Virus record (IMG/VR): IMGVR_UViG_3300026549_001031
Direction: 5' to 3' (one strand)
Source: a virus
Taxonomy: Duplodnaviria; Heunggongvirae; Uroviricota; Caudoviricetes
Length of the DNA stretch: 64,000 nt
Both the position numbers and the translations under genes were made by a program. The stretch's first letter is position 1; the number at the start of each line of letters is the position of its first letter. Below, one piece after another: positions 40,067 to 48,588 of this stretch. The notes beneath the pieces were generated by a model, which was given only the letters and a program-made list of their open reading frames with translations, was not told where the DNA came from and did not search any database.

Positions 40067-40876
40067 ATGAGACCTAGTGAGGTATTAAGTAAGGTCATTG
40101 ATAATGATTGGTTACTTGAAGAAATGGATAGGGTACAGGAGTCAGGCAAGCATGAGTTTTCAGTAAGTGAACTTTCAACACTGGTTTGGCAGAGCTTCAA
40201 GAGCATCAAAGAGAAGAAAGAAGCATTAAGAGATTTGGAAAAGACATTGGATAAGTTTGATGTAAGTAGAACAATGATACCTTTATTTAAGGCATTGGAT
40301 GAAGCAGAGGCAGCTATTAAGGGAAATAAAAGTAATGTTTGTTTGCTGTTTGACATTTTAGATAATGGATGTACAGAGGAAGACGATGAAGACAGCATAA
40401 AAACATATGTTAGAGCAGCTAAGGATATTGATACATTTAGGAAAGTGGTAAGTAAGTACACTGAAGTTTCAGGAAGCTTAAGATGTGTAGATTTAACTAC
40501 ATCTGATGTATTGTATGATATTTTTGTTAATGAAGATGGGCAGGTAATTGGCATTTCAAGTGATGAATTGGATGCACTTGAAATTGTAAATACAAGTATT
40601 GACTGGTCAATTATATTCAATGTAGGAGACACAATCAAGTTTGTAGATAATAAAGATGATACATTTGTGGTTTGTGATGCAAGCAATAAGGCAGGAAAGA
40701 ACAGACTCTATGTAATAGATGATGGGTACATAAATAAGCATTTATCAACCGAAGAATTAAATAAACAGATTGAAGCAGCACTATCAGATGGAGAGAACAG
40801 TGAGTGGTCATTATACTCAAGAATATTAGGGGAGAGCATGTTAATAGGAAAAGTTACATCTTTTGTAAAAGAGTAA
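40067..40876 (+). CDS. Hypothetical protein
   Basis: GGAGG RBS; open frame. Confidence 0.65.
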   Translation: MRPSEVLSKVIDNDWLLEEMDRVQESGKHEFSVSELSTLVWQSFKSIKEKKEALRDLEKTLDKFDVSRTMIPLFKALDEAEAAIKGNKSNVCLLFDILDNGCTEEDDEDSIKTYVRAAKDIDTFRKVVSKYTEVSGSLRCVDLTTSDVLYDIFVNEDGQVIGISSDELDALEIVNTSIDWSIIFNVGDTIKFVDNKDDTFVVCDASNKAGKNRLYVIDDGYINKHLSTEELNKQIEAALSDGENSEWSLYSRILGESMLIGKVTSFVKE

Positions 40877-40885
40877 ACATTAAAT

Positions 40886-41002
40886 TTGACAGAATGGTGT
40901 TTAGATGTTAAAATAGTATTTGTAAGTGAGAGAGATATTAAAGAAAAGTTAAAAAAATAAATGAAATTGTTTATTGACTTTTCTGGAAGGAAATGGTATA
41001 AT
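40886..41002 (+). promoter_or_regulatory. Tandem SigA promoters of the RNA operon
   Basis: TTGACA(40886)-17-TAAAAT(40909) and TTGACT(40974)-17-TATAAT(40997), both with extended TG. Confidence 0.75.
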
Positions 41003-41079
41003 AAATAATGTTGAGAGAGATAAGTGATAGACATTAAGAAATGTAAGGAGCATATCTAATCAACATAATGTTAAGGTTT

Positions 41080-41152
41080 TGGGCATTCGCCAAGTGGTAA
41101 GGCACGGGATTTTGATTCCCGCATTACGTTGGTTCGAATCCGACATGCCCAG
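41080..41152 (+). tRNA. tRNA-Gln(UUG), no encoded CCA
   Basis: Acceptor TGGGCAT/ATGCCCA, D arm GCCAAGTGGTAAGGC, anticodon arm CGGGA-TTTTGAT-TCCCG, T arm GTTGG-TTCGAAT-CCGAC. Confidence 0.95.
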
Positions 41153-41227
41153 TTCCGGGGAGGGATAAACCGTTAAGACAACCTGCCTGGTATGGAACAA
41201 AGTGTTCCATTTAAAATTTATATGTTG

Positions 41228-41907
41228 CATTTTGGAAGTGATTGAGCAGGATAACGCGAGCTTTTAGCATGAACGTTGTTTGTAGCAAGGCAAATGTACA
41301 TAGTACGTTTAAGAGATCACCGACTGCATTGATTGGCGAGTTGAGGATGCAGGGCTTGACAAGGGTAGTCAAGTCGAATATGAATGGATGCGGCGTAGGA
41401 GGCGGTTGGCAATTCCGAGTTGAGGATATGCTTAGGATGCGCCTCAGCCGGTCCGTGAGATGAACTCGTGTGAACCCGCATGGGCGTGATGTAGTGACCA
41501 AGGGAGATGACATTGTTGCAGGATAACAGTGTTAGCTACATCATGTAATTAAAGCTTGGCGCAGCTATGATGCGATAAGTACATAGAGGGCAACATGAGT
41601 GACTTAGCATTAAGTCATTTAGCATTGTTGATGTGTCGTATGTGGAGAGGTAAGGCGACAAAGTTAATATCCAATACGCGTTAAGGGTATTCGCGACTAC
41701 ATTGATCTTCAACTGAGGCAGAGAGGTTTGTTGGGATTGGTTCACACAATTATGCAGGTGGGCACCATTTCGGATCATTGGTGTCATTGAAGGATAAGCC
41801 GGCATCGCAGAGGCAGGCAGGCAGTAGATGAAAGGTGCGAACTTAAGGTAGTGATCAGGTGAGTCACTAGTGTAGGTTGGAGTAATCATTGTAGATTTAA
41901 TGAAATG
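41228..41907 (+). ncRNA. Large structured ncRNA (~650-680 nt), ROOL/GOLLD-like class candidate
   Basis: GC/CpG-rich relative to flanks with no credible ORF. Closing helix 41237-41244/41883-41890; long-range GTGTGAACC/GGTTCACAC; many hairpins; directly downstream of a tRNA. Confidence 0.7.
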
Positions 41908-41923
41908 TTTGGAGGAAAGTGAA

Positions 41924-42055
41924 ATGAACAAAGAAGCAAAGATTGCATTAGCAGAGAACAGACTCGCTAATCTTCAGGGAAGTCCTAAGAACATCAAGTG
42001 TCCTGGAGTAGCACGTAAGGTAGCACGTCAGTTGCGTAACCTTAAGAGGGACTAA
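41924..42055 (+). CDS. 43-aa basic small protein (not in ORF track)
   Basis: GGAGG RBS at 41911; MNKEAKIALAENRLANLQGSPKNIKCPGVARKVARQLRNLKRD. Confidence 0.7.
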   Translation: MNKEAKIALAENRLANLQGSPKNIKCPGVARKVARQLRNLKRD

Positions 42056-42182
42056 TACATAGAACTTGTAGGTAACAATTATTAGAAGTTAGACCTGGTT
42101 GAGAGGTTGAACTACTCATTCATTACTTCTAGTGACAAGGAAAACCTTGGGTTAAACCTTCAAAAATAAAACAATAAAACAT

Positions 42183-42549
42183 GGGCTAGCTCTGGTTTCG
42201 ACAGGGGCTTGAAAGCAAAATACGACAGCAAGGGTGGATTCCCTTAACAGCCAAACAAAAATAAATGCTGACGAAAAATTAGCAATGGTTGCCTAGTTTA
42301 TTCTGGGTTTAACCCTCTTAGCTGATAGAAGCCATAGGTATTCAGTAAGAGTTAAGAACGATTGGCATTGTTGTTGATTCACAGATTCTCAGAACGCATT
42401 GACGGCATGAAAGAGTGAGATGTCTTATGTTAAATGCTTTAGGTAGCATAGTCAGTAAGAGGAAGGCTTTGACAAATACCGAGAGATTGCTGTAGTGATG
42501 TATTTGTAAGTACAGTTTTTGGATAGGGGTTCGACTCCCCTCTAGTCCA
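42183..42549 (+). ncRNA. ssrA: tmRNA; tag peptide (A)ADEKLAMVA
   Basis: 5' GGGCTAGCTCTGGTTTCGAC; acceptor GGGCTAG/CTAGTCC-A with G3:U; T arm GGGGTTCGACTCCCC; tag ORF 42267-42296 after ATAAAT. Confidence 0.93.
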
Positions 42550-42615
42550 CTGGGCACCATTCAGAGGAATGGCTGTCCTGATTTCCCAATTTTCACATTA
42601 AACTCAATCTTAAGG

Positions 42616-42660
42616 AAAAGGAGGTGCACATTATTGAAATGTGTGCCTCCTTTTTCTTTT
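42616..42660 (+). terminator. Strong terminator ending the RNA operon
   Basis: AAAAGGAGGTGCACAT...ATGTGTGCCTCCTTTTTCTTTT. Confidence 0.85.
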
Positions 42661-42731
42661 ATAGGGAATATACATAATCATTAACATTGATATTACTTAA
42701 ATAAAATTTTATTTTTATTTAGGAGATAGAT

Positions 42732-45700
42732 ATGTTTACATGGTTATTGTATTTTGTGCTTATACTGATGGCAGTGTGTGCATTCTTTGTAGTGTTTAAT
42801 CTACTTGGTTTGTTTATATGTCATAAGTTAAAAGATAAGGCAGCAAAAGCTGGTGGGGAAGCAGCTAAAAGATATGTAAGTCACATGAATCCCTTGTTTA
42901 AGTTACTTATGAAAAGTAAGAAAATACAAGAGGGAACAGATGCAGCTGCAGAGAAACAAGTAAATAAGCAGTGTAAAAGAGCAAGTAGGATATTCTTTTG
43001 CGGGGCTGCTATATCATTAGCATTGTTAATTGCACTTGGTGTATTGGCAGAGACATTGTATGAAATGAATTTGTCAATGACGTCAACTACATCAGTAATT
43101 AGTATACTTACAAGGAATAAGGATTGTACCTGCTATGTAAAATGTACAAATGATGCAGATGATGATCATAAGTCAACATATGAATTATTGTTTGGACCTA
43201 CTGAATTTGCTACATTTGCAGGTCATATGAAATTGAATCCTCAGGAACAAGATGAGTGGAAAGCATTATATCCTGATGTGAAAGACGGTGAGACAAGAGA
43301 TTATGACAAGTTAGACGGTAAAAAGCAGAATGAGTTTATTGCTGAACATCTAAACGATAAAATGGTTGATGATTATAAGACCATACTACAGGACTATCAG
43401 AACTTTATGAAGTCTGCTGATGGCAAAGACAGAATGAAAATGTCTAATGATGAATTGATGGCAGACTTAAAGAAAATGTGTAAAGACTATAAAGTCAATG
43501 GTAGGAATCCTAATTGTAAGGTTTGTAAGTCAGCTAATACTTCTTCCTTACAGCGTAAATGTAATGGAATGAACAAATGGGTTAAGGGTTGGACATGGCA
43601 AGAAATTGCAGATGCAAATGGAAATAATAAAGATGATAAAAATAAGGGTTCAGTTGAGGTTCCTGCATTAGGTCATGCATCTGGAAAATATGCAGTTACA
43701 TTAGGAGATGGGAATAGCTATTATTGGTATCATCAGACACAGGAGGCTTGTAAGTATAACGTAGTTAAATATGGACAGCGCTATGGATTTGTAAACCTTG
43801 GAGGTCTTGGTCCAGCATATAGCAGAGGTTGTAGTTCATATGCAACTGCAATGGCAATAAGTAATGTACTTGGAGAAGAGGTCACTCCTTTTGATGTTCA
43901 AGAAAAACTTGAGGGTGTTAAGCCATCTAAAAGTTCAAATGGCACAATCACTTACTATGGAAAGTCACCTATAGATTTCTGTAGTACCATTGGAGTAACA
44001 TTTAATGGGGTAGGAAAAAAGGCAATGGTAAAGAAGGCATTAGATGTTTATGGGAATGATGGACTTCAAGCAGCTTACTTAGGGCATAGTCAGAAGGAAT
44101 TTGATAAATACTTGGATAAAGGAGCACTAATCGTAGTTTCTATAATAAATGCTGGTGGAAGTTACGATAGTATGCCTTGGTACAGAGGCGGTGGACACTA
44201 TATAGTAATTAGAAAGAAAGAAAATGATAAATACTATCATCTAAACAGCTGTGTCATTGGCAGTCTAAGCAGTCATTATTCGGGTAGTGGCACTGATGAA
44301 AAAGCTAAATCACTAATGAATATAGGAATTTCATGGAATACATTATCAAGTCACTTCAAAGCAGAGGGGGCAGTAGCATTTTGGTCAGACAACAAAGTCA
44401 TGATAGATGGAGATAGTAGCACTGGAACAAATACGTTTAGCAATTATGAATACAATAAAGACGTACTAAAAGCGGTTATTAAAGCATTTGAAAAAATAGA
44501 TGGAAAAAGTTATAAGGATTTAGCAGACATCAAGAAAAAGAGTACCTGGACTTACTCAAAAGTAATAGTGACCACTGTGTTATTTACAGAGTTATCTAAA
44601 AAGTATGGAATAGAGGCATTATGTGGTATAGGGGGCAACATAGCAGTAGAAGGAGCATCAGGTTTGATCGAGGATTTTGGGTGTGGTAAAGCATTTAGTC
44701 TAGATCATAAGTTTGTTAAGAGTGATGCAGATGTGAATAAAGCTTTAGCAGAGGCAAAGAGGCATGCACTTAGGGGTAGTAATGTAGTGTACACTGGTCC
44801 TATGGGTGATTTAATATATGGAAAGTGGACATCATTTTCAGAACAGCCTGGATATAGCTTATGCCTAGGTTATAAGGAAACCGATTATTCATTAGAGGCA
44901 ATGTCCCTATCAGATGCACGCTGTTATTTAACAACAGATAAAAAAAGTAAATTCTACATTCAAAAATTCTGGGATTCGATTAACGGAATGAAGGGCAATA
45001 ATAATGTGATAAGCTGCTCAGATCATTGGATGAAGGCCTATGAACGATGTGTAAACAGAGATGGAACATACCAAAAAGTTTCCGAGAGAAGAAGTGCATC
45101 TAATTATTTGTATAAATACCTTAAGGATGTTCATGTGTCACCTACAATAGGTAAAAACAACAGTTTAAAACCTGGTTCAAGCAACAATAAAAACAATAAA
45201 AACAAAGATAAAGGAAAAACAACCATTACTAGTAATGGTTGGGAAACAACTTATACTGATTTAGGTCATAAAGTTTATAAACAGAAGTCTGGTGATGGAA
45301 CATACGACGCAAAGGGAGCAATTAAGAACATATTAAAATATACAAAAGACACTGATTCTTCTAAGATAGGTTCAGAGGTAGTAATATATGGTACAAGGTT
45401 TATAGGAAACCGTTACGTCTGGGGTGGAGCTAGCCTTACAAATGGATGTGACTGTTCAGGCTTTATTATGTCATTATATGCTCATTTTGGAGTAAATTTA
45501 CCTCACTCCTCAGGTGGCATGAGAAACGTAGGTGTAAACGTAGCAGAGAATGACATTCAACCTGGAGACATAGTTTGTTACCATAATCACGTAGCCTTAT
45601 ACATTGGTGGAGGTAAGATACTGCACGCATCAAGTGCTGATTCAGGTATAAAAATAGGAAATAAGTATAACTATAGGACTATACTGGCAATTCGTAGACC

Positions 45701-45740
45701 TACAGGAGTTAAGAGTAGAGGCAACTTATATAAGAAATAA
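42732..45740 (+). CDS. Membrane-anchored multi-domain cell-wall hydrolase (C39-like peptidase, tail-lysozyme-like, NlpC/P60)
   Basis: Two N-terminal TM helices; RGCSSYATAMA...GGHYIVI (C39-like); GIGGNIAVEG...WMKAYER (phage tail lysozyme-like); YVWGG...DCSGF...PGDIV...HVALYIG...HAS (NlpC/P60). Confidence 0.85.
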   Translation: MFTWLLYFVLILMAVCAFFVVFNLLGLFICHKLKDKAAKAGGEAAKRYVSHMNPLFKLLMKSKKIQEGTDAAAEKQVNKQCKRASRIFFCGAAISLALLIALGVLAETLYEMNLSMTSTTSVISILTRNKDCTCYVKCTNDADDDHKSTYELLFGPTEFATFAGHMKLNPQEQDEWKALYPDVKDGETRDYDKLDGKKQNEFIAEHLNDKMVDDYKTILQDYQNFMKSADGKDRMKMSNDELMADLKKMCKDYKVNGRNPNCKVCKSANTSSLQRKCNGMNKWVKGWTWQEIADANGNNKDDKNKGSVEVPALGHASGKYAVTLGDGNSYYWYHQTQEACKYNVVKYGQRYGFVNLGGLGPAYSRGCSSYATAMAISNVLGEEVTPFDVQEKLEGVKPSKSSNGTITYYGKSPIDFCSTIGVTFNGVGKKAMVKKALDVYGNDGLQAAYLGHSQKEFDKYLDKGALIVVSIINAGGSYDSMPWYRGGGHYIVIRKKENDKYYHLNSCVIGSLSSHYSGSGTDEKAKSLMNIGISWNTLSSHFKAEGAVAFWSDNKVMIDGDSSTGTNTFSNYEYNKDVLKAVIKAFEKIDGKSYKDLADIKKKSTWTYSKVIVTTVLFTELSKKYGIEALCGIGGNIAVEGASGLIEDFGCGKAFSLDHKFVKSDADVNKALAEAKRHALRGSNVVYTGPMGDLIYGKWTSFSEQPGYSLCLGYKETDYSLEAMSLSDARCYLTTDKKSKFYIQKFWDSINGMKGNNNVISCSDHWMKAYERCVNRDGTYQKVSERRSASNYLYKYLKDVHVSPTIGKNNSLKPGSSNNKNNKNKDKGKTTITSNGWETTYTDLGHKVYKQKSGDGTYDAKGAIKNILKYTKDTDSSKIGSEVVIYGTRFIGNRYVWGGASLTNGCDCSGFIMSLYAHFGVNLPHSSGGMRNVGVNVAENDIQPGDIVCYHNHVALYIGGGKILHASSADSGIKIGNKYNYRTILAIRRPTGVKSRGNLYKK

Positions 45741-45766
45741 CATTCAAAAAGAAAGGATAGACCATT

Positions 45767-46570
45767 ATGAAGAATAAAAAACCATTGATTTTAACATTAT
45801 TGTGCATAGTAGCAGTTGCACTAATCATCATTGCAGTTTTAGTAACACCAATGTTAAATAAAACTAGCAATGCAAATAAGAAGTATCAGCATGGAGATTC
45901 TTTTAGTAGACTTACAGCTAATAATGAGGTTTATGAAGATAGTACAGGTGGGAAGTTTAGTGACAACACCTCAAATTCCTCAAATACAAACTCAAATTCA
46001 TCAGATGCATCGACTTCAAACAATTCAACACAGGAGACACAGAGTGAGGACACTCAAGATGAACAAAATAAGAAGTTAATGGATGATAAGGACACTGATG
46101 TAGTAGGATATACAGACTCAAATGGAAAGATGCATGTTAATAAAGATAAGATTAACAAGATAAATGAAGAGGTTGCATCTGAATTGGCAACAGAGACAGA
46201 AACAGAGGATGAGGGATATGGAAAATCAACCAGTTCAGATGTAGTGGCAGACAAGTTAAAAGTAAGTAAAGACGTTGATAATATCAAGGTAATGGTTTAT
46301 AGGATAAACCAATTAGCATTGGATAATAACTACAAGACAGTAAAGGTTTGGGATAAGCCATCAAAGTCAGATATAAGAGATGCTAAAGAAACTAATGGAT
46401 CATTAGTTTATGTAGTTGAACTTGACTATGATTTTTACTGGATCACCTATTATTATGATAGTAACGAGGCAACTTCAGATAGAGACTTTGATGGTTCATT
46501 GGCTAGTCTTTATATTGCAGATACAGAAGAGGATGATAATGATGTGGACACAGAGGTTGTAGTGTGGTAA
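45767..46570 (+). CDS. Membrane-anchored hypothetical protein with Ser/Asn-rich linker
   Basis: N-terminal TM helix. Confidence 0.65.
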   Translation: MKNKKPLILTLLCIVAVALIIIAVLVTPMLNKTSNANKKYQHGDSFSRLTANNEVYEDSTGGKFSDNTSNSSNTNSNSSDASTSNNSTQETQSEDTQDEQNKKLMDDKDTDVVGYTDSNGKMHVNKDKINKINEEVASELATETETEDEGYGKSTSSDVVADKLKVSKDVDNIKVMVYRINQLALDNNYKTVKVWDKPSKSDIRDAKETNGSLVYVVELDYDFYWITYYYDSNEATSDRDFDGSLASLYIADTEEDDNDVDTEVVVW

Positions 46571-46601
46571 ACATAGTATGATAAGAAAGGGCAGTAGGAA
46601 A

Positions 46602-47249
46602 ATGAAATTTAGACAACTTGGTTTAATTTTATTAGCAGTATTAAGTTTAACATCTTGTGGAAGTTCAGATATAGACTCTACAGAAAATTCAGCGGAGCGT
46701 ACAACTTTTCAAGCAGATTCATACTCGATTAGAAAAGAGAATGAGAATGAAGAGTTGAAGTCACAGGAGGATGAGAAGTCAGACAGTAATGATACAGATG
46801 GTACAGACTATGAATACAAAGTGGCACAGGTAAAATTAAAGAACAGCACTAATACAAAAGATTATGTCATTAAGAAAAATGATATAGTATCATATGATGA
46901 TAGAACATTTCATGAGTTGTATAAGTGTTTATCACGAATTAAAGCACCATACAGTGTAAATGAAATGGCAAACTTCATAACAAAAACTTATGCATATGAT
47001 GATAAAGATATATACACAGAATGTACGAAGATGTCAGATCTTACTGAAGATTATGACATAGGATTTGATGGAGATCTGGCAGGGATTGATAAGTATGAGG
47101 AACTTGAGGATCAATATGGTGCAGTAGAATGGAAATTGGATGTCTTTAGATATGGTAGAGAGGACACATTAACACTATATGGAAACAGTAAATATATTTT
47201 AGCAGCAGGTTATAATAATGATATAATCATTGATATGGATAAACAATAG
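46602..47249 (+). CDS. Lipoprotein
   Basis: MKFRQ...LSLTS-C lipobox. Confidence 0.7.
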   Translation: MKFRQLGLILLAVLSLTSCGSSDIDSTENSAERTTFQADSYSIRKENENEELKSQEDEKSDSNDTDGTDYEYKVAQVKLKNSTNTKDYVIKKNDIVSYDDRTFHELYKCLSRIKAPYSVNEMANFITKTYAYDDKDIYTECTKMSDLTEDYDIGFDGDLAGIDKYEELEDQYGAVEWKLDVFRYGREDTLTLYGNSKYILAAGYNNDIIIDMDKQ

Positions 47250-47270
47250 CTTGTAAAGGAGAGAAAAGCA

Positions 47271-47684
47271 TTGGATAAGAGACATATAAATTTTGGAGTA
47301 GTCTTTATAGCTTGTTTAGTGGTGCTTGCGATAATAAGTAGTCTAAACACAGCTAATAAAAACTCAACAAAAGAAAAAGAGCAAGACATAACAAAGGTTT
47401 ATAGAAGCATAGATAAAAAAGATATAACAGAGGACCTGTTGGAGGTAATACAGTCAGGAGATACAGCTGAGTCAACATACTGCATAGGTAACTTTGATAT
47501 GGACGATGAAGATGTACTTGCAGATGCAGTATTGAATAAGAGTTACATGTCAGATTCAGCAGTATACTTACAGGTAGAGTCAGATGAGTCATCAAGTGTA
47601 AATAAGAATTACATGTATAGATTTCAGTTAGACACTGATACAGATGTGGTTGTGTCATATATAAAATATACATTGGAGCATTAA
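47271..47684 (+). CDS. Membrane-anchored hypothetical protein
   Basis: AAGGAG RBS, TTG start, N-terminal TM helix. Confidence 0.6.
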   Translation: MDKRHINFGVVFIACLVVLAIISSLNTANKNSTKEKEQDITKVYRSIDKKDITEDLLEVIQSGDTAESTYCIGNFDMDDEDVLADAVLNKSYMSDSAVYLQVESDESSSVNKNYMYRFQLDTDTDVVVSYIKYTLEH

Positions 47685-47728
47685 AGAAAAGAGCAGAGCA
47701 AGGGAAAAAGAGAAGGCAGAGGTAGAAA

Positions 47729-48205
47729 ATGAGAGAGTCATTGAAATTAAAAAACAACACCATAGGAAAAAGAGTGATAGTTGCAGTACTATGTTTAGTA
47801 GTTGCATTGACAAGTTTAATCTACTATAGAGAGCAAGCATTTGGGGAAAACAAGATCTTAGATGAGTTTGATATGACATCATCTAGTAAATGTCAAGATC
47901 AGGTTACCGAATTGATAGAGGCAATAATAACTGGAGACAATACAGAGTTAGATAAGTTTCAACGAGTAATACCTAGTACAATACTTAAAGAAATGAAGGG
48001 GTATGCATCTAACAATAATATTGACAGCACAGTGTTTAGTGACAAGTCAGTTGAGTTTATAAATGCAGACAACAGTTCAACAGAAGATACAGTTATAATG
48101 GCTAATGTGAAGCTTTACTATAAAGATTATAACAAGTTATATTTGTTTGAGTTTCATATGAATGAGAGTGGTTCAATCTATGGCTATAACATCTGGCAGT
48201 GGTGA
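47729..48205 (+). CDS. Membrane-anchored protein, possibly NTF2-like fold
   Basis: N-terminal TM, helical then beta-rich C-terminus. Confidence 0.55.
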   Translation: MRESLKLKNNTIGKRVIVAVLCLVVALTSLIYYREQAFGENKILDEFDMTSSSKCQDQVTELIEAIITGDNTELDKFQRVIPSTILKEMKGYASNNNIDSTVFSDKSVEFINADNSSTEDTVIMANVKLYYKDYNKLYLFEFHMNESGSIYGYNIWQW

Positions 48206-48560
48206 GAAAGGCTGATGCACTGGTAGAAAAGAGCAGATGCACTGGTAGAAAAAGAGATGCAGTGGTGAGAATGAAATAGAGACATCACTTAGTGAAAATA
48301 GATGCACTGGTATGAATGGGTGATGCACTGAATGAAATATGGCTGATGCATCACTAAATAAACTAGATGCTTCGCTATTGAGAACTAGATGCTTCGCTAA
48401 ATGTGATTGCATACTTCACTATTAAAAGAATTAGCATAGCAAATTAAATGTTTAATCATACAAACAAAGCTGATGCATAGCAAAATGAAAAATTAAAGCA
48501 TTAACAATAGACCATTAGTAATAAAAATTGATGCATTATATGAAAAAATTGTATCATAGC
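48196..48560. repeat. Degenerate ~21-22 bp tandem repeat array with GATGC core
   Basis: GATGC at 48214, 48236, 48256, 48301, 48322, 48345, 48366, 48388, then 48472 and 48530. Confidence 0.8.
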
Positions 48561-48588
48561 AAAAATGAAAAGAAAGGACATATAAAAC

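Noticed and set aside
41228-41907. Group II intron, group I intron or RNase P RNA
   Set aside because: No GUGCG 5' end or domain V, no interrupted host gene, and no GAGGAAAGUCC P4 motif (the GGAGGAAAGT at 41911 is the RBS of the small ORF). Judged by eye only.
41211-41931. ORFs 41211-41513(-), 41242-41463(+), 41536-41931(-)
   Set aside because: No RBS and atypical composition; they overlap the extensively paired RNA region.
42342-42560. 72-aa minus-strand ORF
   Set aside because: Antisense shadow of the tmRNA.
48196-48560. CRISPR array
   Set aside because: The period is only ~21 bp, the repeats drift in sequence, there are no unique 30-40 bp spacers and no cas genes are nearby.
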